Origin: Myxococcales bacterium
GTDB taxonomy: Bacteria > Myxococcota_A > Polyangia > Polyangiales > Houyiibacteriaceae
DNA length: 64,000 nt
Reading direction: 5' to 3'
Assembly: GCA_029863605.1 (NCBI GenBank)
Contig: JAOTVB010000001.1
Span: forward strand, 160,187 to 224,186
The notes below the pieces were generated by a model. That model was given only the letters and a program-made list of their open reading frames with translations, ran no database searches and had not been told where the DNA came from. Shown piece by piece: positions 18,535 to 26,976 of the stretch (its first letter is position 1; each line of letters opens with the position of its first letter). The position numbers were made by a program, and so were the translations under genes.

Positions 18535-19914
18535 TCAGAAGACGTACGGGATAAACAAGTACGGGACTTCTTCGCAATAGCGATCCCAGTCCTTTCCGTA
18601 CTTCTTCTTGCACCGCGCGATGTCTCGACCGGCACGATGGAAGATCATGACCGTGAAGAAGGTGACGTAGAGATAGGGGAGAAAGTGATCAAACCCGCAG
18701 ATCAGGCCCCACGAAAGCGCCATCAAGATGTCCGCGGTGTAGTGGATCTTTCGGGCATGGGCCCACCAACCATCGACGAGAAGCTTCGACCCGGCTTCAG
18801 TTTCGAGGTAGCGCGGGTTTTTCAAGGTGCCCCAGGGGAGTTGCGGGAACGCCTTTCGTTTCACGTAGCTTCCGTTGAGTTGCATCCGGAAGCGATTGCG
18901 TTGGCTCTGCGCCGTGTCCCACACGTAATAGGCGCCGATCAATAGAGCGAACACGAAGACCGTGTATGGGACTGAATGCTCGAACGGCGGTCGGGACGCG
19001 ATGTACATCGAGTTGAAACAGTAGACGAAGGGCACGCCTGCGAGGTTCCAGAAGATCAACATCCAGCCCCACTTCTCGTAGAAGATGTCCCAGGTCGTGG
19101 GGATGCACTCTTCGCCCTTCATGCAGGCATTGGTGTAGAGCCAATGCGCCAGGACCATGAAGATCATCGGCGTGCTGACCAACCCGAAGGTTTCGTACTG
19201 GTGGGCGGCGGCGCTCGCGGTCAGCAAGAAGAGCATCAGCCAAGAAACCCGAACTTCGGCCCACATCTTGAGGTCGAGCGGCCCGATCCTCGGATTGAGC
19301 CAGGCGCCCATGAAAAAGTCGTAGAAGAAGCTCCCCGTCATGCGTTCGGCATTGCCCGTGATCTTCGCGCCGAAGTAAATCGCGAACGCCACGATATTCG
19401 CCGAGATCATCGAGACGATCATGAACGAGCCGAACTGGTCGTAGAGCGTTTGCAGTGGAAAGACACCGGTGAGGTGAAGGACTGCCATCGCGGCGAGCGT
19501 GATCCACCAAGCGGAGATCGCATTGCACCGGTAGACCAGTCGTTTGCCTCCGCGTGACGGAATCGGTAGGCCCTTGATTCTGATCCCGGGGAGGTATGCC
19601 GCCATCACTCCTTCGACGAACAGGAACGCCCAGTACATCCCGAATACGCGCCAGCTCGGAGCGGCGTAGGTCACGATCTGTTCCCATGCGCGGGCGAAGA
19701 ACGGGCCGATGTCGGCGAAGCCCGCCGGATGAAAGATGGCCCCTTCGTGGAACCGCCAGGCCATCCACAGGTAAAGCATCAACCCGTGCGAGACGGTCAT
19801 GAGCAGAGCGGCGCCGATCGTGCCTCCAAACTCACGAGTCGCTTCGCCCTTTTTGGCGGCTGCGGTGGGTGCAGCAGTTGGAGCCTGCAGTTTCGACCTC
19901 ATCGCCTTCTGCAT
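18535..19914 (-). CDS. ERG4/ERG24-family sterol reductase homolog
   Basis: 459-aa polytopic membrane protein. FYDFFMGAWLNPRIGPLDLKMWAEVR and the C-terminal signature LLVDGWWAHARKIHYTADILMALSWGL…FHRAGRDIARCKKKYGKDWDRYCEEVPYLFIPYVF match the eukaryotic sterol reductase family. Confidence 0.9.
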   Translation of the reverse strand: MQKAMRSKLQAPTAAPTAAAKKGEATREFGGTIGAALLMTVSHGLMLYLWMAWRFHEGAIFHPAGFADIGPFFARAWEQIVTYAAPSWRVFGMYWAFLFVEGVMAAYLPGIRIKGLPIPSRGGKRLVYRCNAISAWWITLAAMAVLHLTGVFPLQTLYDQFGSFMIVSMISANIVAFAIYFGAKITGNAERMTGSFFYDFFMGAWLNPRIGPLDLKMWAEVRVSWLMLFLLTASAAAHQYETFGLVSTPMIFMVLAHWLYTNACMKGEECIPTTWDIFYEKWGWMLIFWNLAGVPFVYCFNSMYIASRPPFEHSVPYTVFVFALLIGAYYVWDTAQSQRNRFRMQLNGSYVKRKAFPQLPWGTLKNPRYLETEAGSKLLVDGWWAHARKIHYTADILMALSWGLICGFDHFLPYLYVTFFTVMIFHRAGRDIARCKKKYGKDWDRYCEEVPYLFIPYVF

Positions 19915-20031
19915 CCACGCCTCCTACGGTTGCCGCGGTTCTACCTCACACTCGAGGAAAAAAAAAGAGCCCTGCATCGCGAAAAATAAAAGCGCCTCGC
20001 CAGTTGGCATGGACTGCCGTCGCGCGCCAGC

Positions 20032-20904
20032 ATGCACGCCATGGACGCAGGCGAGTGGCAGAAGCGGGGACAGATGCACCGGGTCGGTCAGCACGAATTG
20101 TTCTGCGTCGACACCGGTGGGGACAAACCGGTGCTTCTCATTCTCCACGGATACCCTACGAGCAGCTATGACTACTGGCGTTCGCTGCCGATTCTAGCCG
20201 AACACTACCGCGTGATCGTCCACGACCACCTGGGGTTCGGGTTCTCGGACAAGCCGCACGACTATTCGTACTCGCTGGTGGACCAGGCGGATTACGCGAT
20301 CGCGCTCTGGCGGGAGCTGGGCGTTACCGAGGCCGACGTTCTAGGACATGACTACGGCTCGAGCGTCGCCACCGAGCTCTTGGCCCGACGCAATTTCGGC
20401 TCTGAGCCGATCAAGCTTCGCTCCCTCACCCTGTGCAACGGCAGCATGCACATCGAGCTCGCGAATCTGCGGATCATGCAGCGCCTGCTCAAGGCGCCGC
20501 GGGTCGGCTCGGTTGTCGCTCGGCTTGCCAGCGAGCCTCTGTTCCATCGCAACATTCGCAAGATCTTCGCTGACCCGTCGTTTCTGGACGAGCAAGAGCT
20601 CAATGCCATGTGGAGTCAGCTCATCGGCGGCGGTGGCCGGGATGTGCTCCCGGTGATCACGCGACACATCGACGAGCGTTACAGGCTCTGGCACCGGTGG
20701 ATCGGCGCGTTACGCGACACGAACCTTCACATCCACATCGTGTGGGCGCGCCAGGACCCGGTTGCCGTGGAGAAAATGGCTCACGTTCTCCACGACGAGA
20801 TCGCCAATAGCGACCTACAGTTGCTCGATGGGGTCGGGCACTTTCCGATGATCGAGGCCGCCGAGCGCTGGTCTGCTGCCGTGCTGTCCGTGTTGCGGCG
20901 CTAG
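20032..20904 (+). CDS. alpha/beta-fold hydrolase
   Basis: LILHGYPTSSYDYWRSL (oxyanion HG), nucleophile elbow VLGHDYGSSVA, and a C-terminal GHFPMIE His motif. Confidence 0.85.
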   Translation: MHAMDAGEWQKRGQMHRVGQHELFCVDTGGDKPVLLILHGYPTSSYDYWRSLPILAEHYRVIVHDHLGFGFSDKPHDYSYSLVDQADYAIALWRELGVTEADVLGHDYGSSVATELLARRNFGSEPIKLRSLTLCNGSMHIELANLRIMQRLLKAPRVGSVVARLASEPLFHRNIRKIFADPSFLDEQELNAMWSQLIGGGGRDVLPVITRHIDERYRLWHRWIGALRDTNLHIHIVWARQDPVAVEKMAHVLHDEIANSDLQLLDGVGHFPMIEAAERWSAAVLSVLRR

Positions 20905-23411
20905 TCGCCAATCGAGATCAAGCTCAATCGGGGTGCGCCGGCTTGGCGACTTGCATCGAGGTCGACTCGTACCGCCATCCGCCAGCTTCGATCGTTTTGG
21001 GGGTCGCGCAAAATTTGGGTGAAAGCCCATGCGGTCTCGCCGCGCTCGACGTCGATCTCTTTGGTGCTCCGCGCGTCGGGTCCGATCTGAATCTCATCGT
21101 ACTCGGCCCAGTAGCTTGCCAAAGCCTCGCGCAGCCGATCGGCATCCCAGTTGTCGTCCCCCGAGTCGACGAGCGCCTCGGCGGCGCGATCGTAGTGCTT
21201 GAAAGCGAGCAAACGCACGATCTTCCAGACTGCGTTCCGCACCATCGTCGTGAAGCCCCGGACGTCTTTGGTGATATCGGGCGGCTCATCGCTTTCACGC
21301 TCCGGTATGGGCGCGCCCGGTTCGATCGGTGCCTGGAGCTGCTCCCATTCGGCGAGCAGGCTCGCGTCGACGTAGCGTACCGAAAGCCCCAACCAGTCGC
21401 AGAGATCGTACAGTGCATCGGTCTTGGCAGATTCGGGGACGGTTTGAACTAGCGCCTTGTAGCTGTCGGTAAGATACCGGAGCAACACGCCTTCGGACCT
21501 CTGAAGGCCGTACTCCTTCACATATTCGACGAACGTCATGCCGAGCTCGTACATATCGCGGGCAATCGATTTCGGCCGAAGAATGTCGTTCCCGACCCAC
21601 GGATGCCGCTTCGCGAAGATGTCGAATGTCCCATACAGAAACTCTTCGTTGGGTTTCGGGTAGTCGATCTTTTCGAGCTCTTCCATGCGTTGGTCGTACT
21701 CCATGCCCTCGGCTTTCATCGCGGAGATGGCACGCGACTTCAGGATATCGGTTTGCCGATAGAGAATGGCCATCGGGTCTTCGAGGGTCGCTTCGACCAG
21801 GGTCAAGACGTCGAGCGCGTAGGCCGGGTCCTCAGGCTCGAGCACTTCGACCGCCTCGACGACATAGAGGGAGAGTGCCTGGTTGAGCGAGAAGTCCGAC
21901 TGGAAATCTTCATGGACCCGCGGACCGTCGCGATCGAGCTCGACGACCCCCGCGTCGCGAAGCGATCGGATCATCGCGATCGCGTTTCGTGCGTGCCGTC
22001 GCTTCGCAGTTGGGCCTTCGTGACTCTTTCGAATTAGCGTTCGAAGCGCCAGGCATCCATCGTCCTCGCGTTCGAAGAGGTTGAGGATCATCGCGTTGCT
22101 CACGACAAATCGCGATCTGAGCGGTTCCGGGTCCGAGTCTCGTAGACGGACGAAGGTGTCGGCATCCCAATGGGCATAGCCCCGTTCTGGGGGCTGGCGC
22201 ATCTTGAGCTTTCGAAGCTTCTTCTGGTCGTCACCTGCCTTGGCGCGAAGCTTCTTGTTCTCGATCGCATGGTCCGGTGCCTGCGCGACCACGCTGCCCA
22301 GCGTGTCGTATCCACGGCGGCCGGCCCGACCGGCGATCTGCTTGAAATCGCGGACCGTCAAGACCTTGGTGCCCTGTCCATCGTACTTGCAGAGCTTGGT
22401 GAAGAGCACCGTTCGAATGGGTACATTGACACCGACACCGAGCGTATCGGTCCCACAGATCACGCGGAGCGTTCCCTGTTGCGCGAGCCGTTCCACCAGG
22501 CGCCGGTACCGCGGCAGCATTCCTGCGTGGTGCACCCCGATCCCGTGGTGCAGAAACTTCTTGAGCTCCTTGCCGAACGGCGTGTCGAATCGCGTCTGGC
22601 GCAGCTCCTCCTTCATCGCCTTCTTCTGGTCCTTCGACAGGAAGTCGATGCTCATGAAGCTCTGCGCCTGCTCAGTCGCGGCTCGTTGCGCGAAGTGCAC
22701 GACGTACATGGGGGCCTTGCCGTCATCGAGCAGCTCGACGACCGTGTTGTGTAGGGGTTGCTCGGCGTAATCGAAATCGAGCGGAACGGGCCGGTCGGTG
22801 CTCTTGACCAACGTCGTTTGGACACCGGTAAGCTCGGTGACCGCCTCCTCGAACATCCGCGTGTCCCCGAGTGTGGCGCTCATCAACAAAAACCGCGCCT
22901 GTGGCAGGGTCAGTAGCGGGACCTGCCACGCTACCCCGCGGTCTCTGTCCGAATAATAGTGGAACTCGTCCATGACCACGCTGTCGACCTCAGCCCGTTC
23001 GCCCTCGCGGAGCGCCAGGTTCGAGAGGATCTCCGCCGTGCAACAGATCACCGGGGCATCGCGGTTGACGGTCGCATCGCCAGTCATCATCCCGACCCGC
23101 TGCGCGCCAAGCACGCGACAAAGGTCGAAGAACTTCTCACTCACCAACGCTTTGATAGGCGCTGTGTAGAAGGATCGTTCGCCGAGCGCGATCGATCGAA
23201 AGTGCATCGCCAACGCGACCAGTGACTTCCCGGAGCCCGTCGGCGTGTTGAGAATCACGTTGTTGCCGACGAAGAGCTCCATCACCGCCTCTTCTTGGGC
23301 GGGGTAGAGCTCGATTCCCTGGTCCGACACGTACTCGACGAACCGCATCAGCAGCGCATCGGGATCGACATCGGAGCCGAGCTCGTCGAGGTAGTGGTCA
23401 AGCGAAGCCAA
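20901..23411 (-). CDS. DEAD/DEAH-box (Ski2-like) helicase with long C-terminal domain (DUF3516-like)
   Basis: NTPTGSGKS (motif I), VVMDEFHYY (motif II), MSATLG (motif III), HHAGMLP and GRAGRRG (motif VI). 836 aa. Confidence 0.9.
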   Translation of the reverse strand: MASLDHYLDELGSDVDPDALLMRFVEYVSDQGIELYPAQEEAVMELFVGNNVILNTPTGSGKSLVALAMHFRSIALGERSFYTAPIKALVSEKFFDLCRVLGAQRVGMMTGDATVNRDAPVICCTAEILSNLALREGERAEVDSVVMDEFHYYSDRDRGVAWQVPLLTLPQARFLLMSATLGDTRMFEEAVTELTGVQTTLVKSTDRPVPLDFDYAEQPLHNTVVELLDDGKAPMYVVHFAQRAATEQAQSFMSIDFLSKDQKKAMKEELRQTRFDTPFGKELKKFLHHGIGVHHAGMLPRYRRLVERLAQQGTLRVICGTDTLGVGVNVPIRTVLFTKLCKYDGQGTKVLTVRDFKQIAGRAGRRGYDTLGSVVAQAPDHAIENKKLRAKAGDDQKKLRKLKMRQPPERGYAHWDADTFVRLRDSDPEPLRSRFVVSNAMILNLFEREDDGCLALRTLIRKSHEGPTAKRRHARNAIAMIRSLRDAGVVELDRDGPRVHEDFQSDFSLNQALSLYVVEAVEVLEPEDPAYALDVLTLVEATLEDPMAILYRQTDILKSRAISAMKAEGMEYDQRMEELEKIDYPKPNEEFLYGTFDIFAKRHPWVGNDILRPKSIARDMYELGMTFVEYVKEYGLQRSEGVLLRYLTDSYKALVQTVPESAKTDALYDLCDWLGLSVRYVDASLLAEWEQLQAPIEPGAPIPERESDEPPDITKDVRGFTTMVRNAVWKIVRLLAFKHYDRAAEALVDSGDDNWDADRLREALASYWAEYDEIQIGPDARSTKEIDVERGETAWAFTQILRDPQNDRSWRMAVRVDLDASRQAGAPRLSLISIGD

Positions 23412-23554
23412 TGCGAACCTTCCTGTGCGGGACTCTTAGCAGACCCGGTTTGCGGGTGACCTTTTTGCACGCCCCCCAAGAGTCGATGGCCCGCTGTGGC
23501 ACACATTACGTTGTGAGCCAGCTTGGAATTGCTTCACTTTTCGGCGCTCTTCAC

Positions 23555-23569
23555 TGGCATTCTTGTTGC
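23555..23569 (+). promoter_or_regulatory. candidate sigma-54 promoter (-24 TGGCAT / -12 TTGC)
   Basis: TGGCAT tcttg TTGC has exact GG-N10-GC spacing. It lies 40 nt upstream of ATG 23609 (SD aaaggag), is intergenic and is correctly oriented. Confidence 0.6.
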
Positions 23570-23608
23570 GTACTTCAAGACGCCGGGTATCCGTAAAGGA
23601 GAGTCAAA

Positions 23609-24661
23609 ATGAAGCGTTTTGGGTTTGCATGCGCCCTGCTGGTGGGCACGATTGGTTGCGGTCAAAGCGGCGACGTCGAGGGTCTCGAAGGCTTCGTATG
23701 CGGTACCGACGGTCGCACATACACGGTCGAACAAGCAGCCGAGCGCGATCACGAGGTGGCGCATCGGGGCAAATGCGACGCCCCGATGGGCTGCAGCACG
23801 CCAAGCGACTGCTTTGCGGGTGACGAGTGTAACGCAGACGTTTGTGTTCCCGTCCCAAGTGGTTGTCCTTGCGTAGGAGTCTTCGAACCGGTCTGCGGAG
23901 CCGACGGTCGAACCTACATCAACGCCTGCGAGGCGCGGTGCGTCGACGTCGGGGTCGTGCACCACGGAATGTGCGGGGATGACCCCTGTGCTCTGATCGA
24001 CTGCGCACCCGGGTTCATCTGTGAGCAAGGCCAATGTCTGCCCATCCAAGAGTGCGAGGGCAAGGAGTGCGAGCCCGACGAGATCTGTATCGACTGGCCC
24101 CAACAAGAGCCCGCCTATTGTGTGTGGGTCGGCTGCGACAGCGACGAGCAATGTCGTCGAGGGGAGCGTTGCGTGATCGATGACCCATGTCTCGCCCCGG
24201 CCGTGGTAGGCCCCTGCGACGCCGCGATCCCGAGGTGGTTCTACAACTCCAATACCGGTGAGTGCGAGCAGTTCACGTGGGGCGGTTGCGGTGGCAACGA
24301 CAACAACTTCGAAACTCGAGACGACTGCGAGGCCGCCTGCCCCGATCACGACGTTCCGAAGCTCAGCATCGCGCTTCGAGCCGGTCGCTGCGAGCCTGAT
24401 GTGTTCTGTCCCGAGGGGCGCTACGCACCGGAAATCTACGCGCCGGTTTGCGGAGTAGATGGTGTCACCTACAGCAACCCGTGCGAAGCCGAGCGCGCAG
24501 GTGTCGACATCGCGTACGACGGGGAATGCATCCCAGAAGTCACCTGCGTCGATCGGGGCTGCCCCGAAGGCTGGACGTGTGACTTCTGCCAGACATCCAG
24601 CGGGGCGCGCTACATCTGCTTGTCTCCGCTCGCCGGCGCGTGCTTGCCGCCGAGCGACTGA
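23609..24661 (+). CDS. lipoprotein with Kazal-type domains and one Kunitz/BPTI domain (protease-inhibitor-like)
   Basis: MKRFGFACALLVGTIGC is a signal peptide plus Cys. Kazal cores: CPCVGVFEPVCGADGRTYINACEARC…HHGMC and YAPVCGVDGVTYSNPCEAERAGVDIAYDGEC. The Kunitz domain is CLAPAVVGPCDAAIPRWFYNSNTGECEQFTWGGCGGNDNNFETRDDCEAAC (C-8-C-15-C-7-C-12-C-3-C). Confidence 0.85.
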   Translation: MKRFGFACALLVGTIGCGQSGDVEGLEGFVCGTDGRTYTVEQAAERDHEVAHRGKCDAPMGCSTPSDCFAGDECNADVCVPVPSGCPCVGVFEPVCGADGRTYINACEARCVDVGVVHHGMCGDDPCALIDCAPGFICEQGQCLPIQECEGKECEPDEICIDWPQQEPAYCVWVGCDSDEQCRRGERCVIDDPCLAPAVVGPCDAAIPRWFYNSNTGECEQFTWGGCGGNDNNFETRDDCEAACPDHDVPKLSIALRAGRCEPDVFCPEGRYAPEIYAPVCGVDGVTYSNPCEAERAGVDIAYDGECIPEVTCVDRGCPEGWTCDFCQTSSGARYICLSPLAGACLPPSD

Positions 24662-24689
24662 CGACGAGCCCACGACTCGCATAAGAAAA

Positions 24690-24728
24690 GGACCGACGCC
24701 CGGAGCTTGGCTCGCGGGCTTGGTCCTC
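24690..24728 (+). terminator. candidate intrinsic terminator
   Basis: It lies 30 nt after the stop. Nested GC-rich hairpin: AGGACC…GGTCCT enclosing GCCCGGAGC-ttg-GCTC(g)CGGGC, followed by CTCTTATT. Confidence 0.5.
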
Positions 24729-25016
24729 TTATTGGGCCTTCGATTACTGTCGGAAAGTAGGGCTAGGAAACAACGAGCACCGGGCAAAGAGCAAGAGCGG
24801 GCACCGTTGAGCGGGGTACAGTGTCTCGCCTGACCGTAGGACGGGATGGTGGGCTCATCCTAGGATCTGCACCCCACGCGACCGGTGCCCGCCTTGCATC
24901 GAAGGCACCAACGCGAAGCTAGCGGCCGATGCCGCACAACGGGCGACAAAAGCGGGCACCCAATACGCCAGGTTTTTTCGCGATTCACCCATTGGGCTTG
25001 AAATTGCGGCCCCAGT

Positions 25017-26027
25017 GTGGATCCATCATCAGTCTTGCAAGAAGCATCTGCGAAGCGGAAGCCCCCTCCCAGGGTATCCGGGGCCTGGACGAAGGGCGTC
25101 GTGTACGCGTTTCGGCGGCTGGGGCTCGACGTCGAGGAGCTGTGCGCCTCGATCGGCGTCGATATCGAGGTCTTCTTGGACACTACCGGTCGCCCAGCCC
25201 GCGATGCTTCAGGCCGCCTCTGGCGAGCAGCTCTCGTCCAGAGCGGTGATCGATTCCTCGGCCTGAACGCTGCCGAGGTCTGGGAGGCTCGGGTCGACCA
25301 TCTGGTCTTTCTGCTGCTTTTGAGCGCGGACACGTTTGGCGAAGGGCTCACGGCCGGCATTCGGTTTCAAGAGCTCCTCTCCCATGGGCGAGTCCTCACC
25401 TTTGGCGAGCATCCCAAGCACCATGCGCTTCATATCAACAGGATCGAGCACGAGCTTCCTGTGCTGGCGCACGAGGTCGAGTTCCTCGCTGCGATCTTGA
25501 CGAAGCTTTTTCGGTTTGCCACCGACGATGCGTTTGTCCTGGAGGAGGTCCACTTCGAGCATCCCTACCGGGGCAGCATAGAGAAGTACAGCCGCGCGTT
25601 TCGGACTACGGTGCTCTTCGGACAGAGCCGGAACACCCTGCTGATCGGCGACGATTCGTGGAACCTCAGCCTCGCGCATGGCAATCAGGTGCTCCACCGC
25701 GAGCTTCGCGGCATCGCGGCGGGGCTTCACGCGGGACATCCGGACCGTAGCTTCCTCGACAGCGTTCGCCACCGCATCAAGGGCCTTCTCCCCAAGGGCA
25801 ACTGCGGCGTCGAACCCGTGGCCACTGCGCTTCACATGACTCCTCGAACGCTACAACGACGCCTCCAAGAAGACGGCACCACTTTTCGCGCCCTCGTGGA
25901 CGCCACCCGAAAGTCGATCGTCCTCGACGGTGTGGAACGCCACCAGGCTCCAGAGGAAATCGTCCGCCACGCGGGCTTCACCAATCCCCGAAGCTTTCGC
26001 CGGGCGATGAAACGCTGGAATCTCTAG
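25017..26027 (+). CDS. AraC family transcriptional regulator
   Basis: C-terminal AraC-type dual HTH (VEPVATALHMTPRTLQRRLQEDGTTFRALVDATRKSIV… EEIVRHAGFTNPRSFRRAMKRW). The N-terminal region resembles the Arabinose_bd-type ligand domain. The start (GTG 25017) is uncertain. Confidence 0.85.
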   Translation: MDPSSVLQEASAKRKPPPRVSGAWTKGVVYAFRRLGLDVEELCASIGVDIEVFLDTTGRPARDASGRLWRAALVQSGDRFLGLNAAEVWEARVDHLVFLLLLSADTFGEGLTAGIRFQELLSHGRVLTFGEHPKHHALHINRIEHELPVLAHEVEFLAAILTKLFRFATDDAFVLEEVHFEHPYRGSIEKYSRAFRTTVLFGQSRNTLLIGDDSWNLSLAHGNQVLHRELRGIAAGLHAGHPDRSFLDSVRHRIKGLLPKGNCGVEPVATALHMTPRTLQRRLQEDGTTFRALVDATRKSIVLDGVERHQAPEEIVRHAGFTNPRSFRRAMKRWNL

Positions 26028-26057
26028 GGGGCATTTCCGTTACCTCCGAGGTTATTG

Positions 26058-26080
26058 CGTGGCAGCTCCTGGGTGCCACG
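26058..26080. promoter_or_regulatory. palindrome CGTGGCA-N9-TGCCACG (possible operator)
   Basis: Perfect 7-bp inverted arms lie between the AraC-family gene and the downstream hydrolase gene, 28 nt before ATG 26108. Confidence 0.3.
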
Positions 26081-26107
26081 ATCCACGCACCAACCTGGAG
26101 GTTTGCC

Positions 26108-26971
26108 ATGCCAACGATCGAGTTACCTCAGGGAACCCTTCGCTACGAAGACGTCGGAACCGGCCCAGCTGTCGTGTTCATCCACGGTTTGCTGGTCAAC
26201 GGAAAGCTTTGGCGTAACGTGACGCCGGAGCTGTCTCGCTCCGCGCGTTGTATCGTTCCCGATTTGCCGCTCGGTTCTCACCCATTCCCAATGAACCCGG
26301 ATGCCGATCTGAGCGTCGAGGGGGTCGCGAAGCTGGTCGCCGATCTTCTCGAGGCCCTCGACCTTCGCGATGTCACCCTCGTCGGTAACGACTCGGGTGG
26401 GGCGATTTCACAAGTGGTGGCGGCGCGTCACGGGGAGCGGGTCGGACGTCTGGTGCTGACGACCTGCGATGCGTACGAAGTCTTCCCGCCGCCGCTTTTC
26501 AGCTACCTGCGTCTTCTGCCGGTCGTTCCTGGCTTGGTGACCGTGCTCGCCAAGAGCATGTTTCGCGTGAAGGCCCTTCGGGACCTTCCGCTCGCCTACG
26601 GATGGCTCGCCAAATCGGGAATCCCGGACGAAATCGTGAAGAGCTATGTCAAACCCTGCGCCACCGACTCCCGGATTCGGCGCGATGTGAAAAAGTTCGT
26701 CCGCACGGTGTCTCCGGCGTTGACGCTCAAAATCGCCAAGGAGCTCCAGTCGTTCGACCGTCCTGTGCTCCTTCTCTGGACGCCGGAGGATCGGTTCTTC
26801 CCGGTCTCTCTTGCGGAGCGTCTCTGCGAGGACCTGCCGAACGCGCGCCTCGAGCTGATCGACGACGCCTACGTGTTCGTCGCCGAGGATCAGCCCGAGC
26901 GCGTGGCCCGGGAGATCGCTCGTTTTGTGGCGACAGAAGCGACGGACGGCGTTCGTGCCCCCGTCAACTAG
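26108..26971 (+). CDS. alpha/beta-fold hydrolase
   Basis: VVFIHGLLVNGKLWRNV and the nucleophile elbow LVGNDSGGAIS. 287 aa. Confidence 0.85.
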   Translation: MPTIELPQGTLRYEDVGTGPAVVFIHGLLVNGKLWRNVTPELSRSARCIVPDLPLGSHPFPMNPDADLSVEGVAKLVADLLEALDLRDVTLVGNDSGGAISQVVAARHGERVGRLVLTTCDAYEVFPPPLFSYLRLLPVVPGLVTVLAKSMFRVKALRDLPLAYGWLAKSGIPDEIVKSYVKPCATDSRIRRDVKKFVRTVSPALTLKIAKELQSFDRPVLLLWTPEDRFFPVSLAERLCEDLPNARLELIDDAYVFVAEDQPERVAREIARFVATEATDGVRAPVN

Positions 26972-26976
26972 ACGGC

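Noticed and set aside
19915-20031. A-tract-rich divergent region (gaggaaaaaaaaagag, gaaaaataaaag) between the sterol reductase and the hydrolase
   Set aside because: It probably consists of ordinary UP-element-like promoter DNA. There is no repeat structure, no sigma-54 match (TGGCAT-ggact-GCCG fails at -12), and no ORF.
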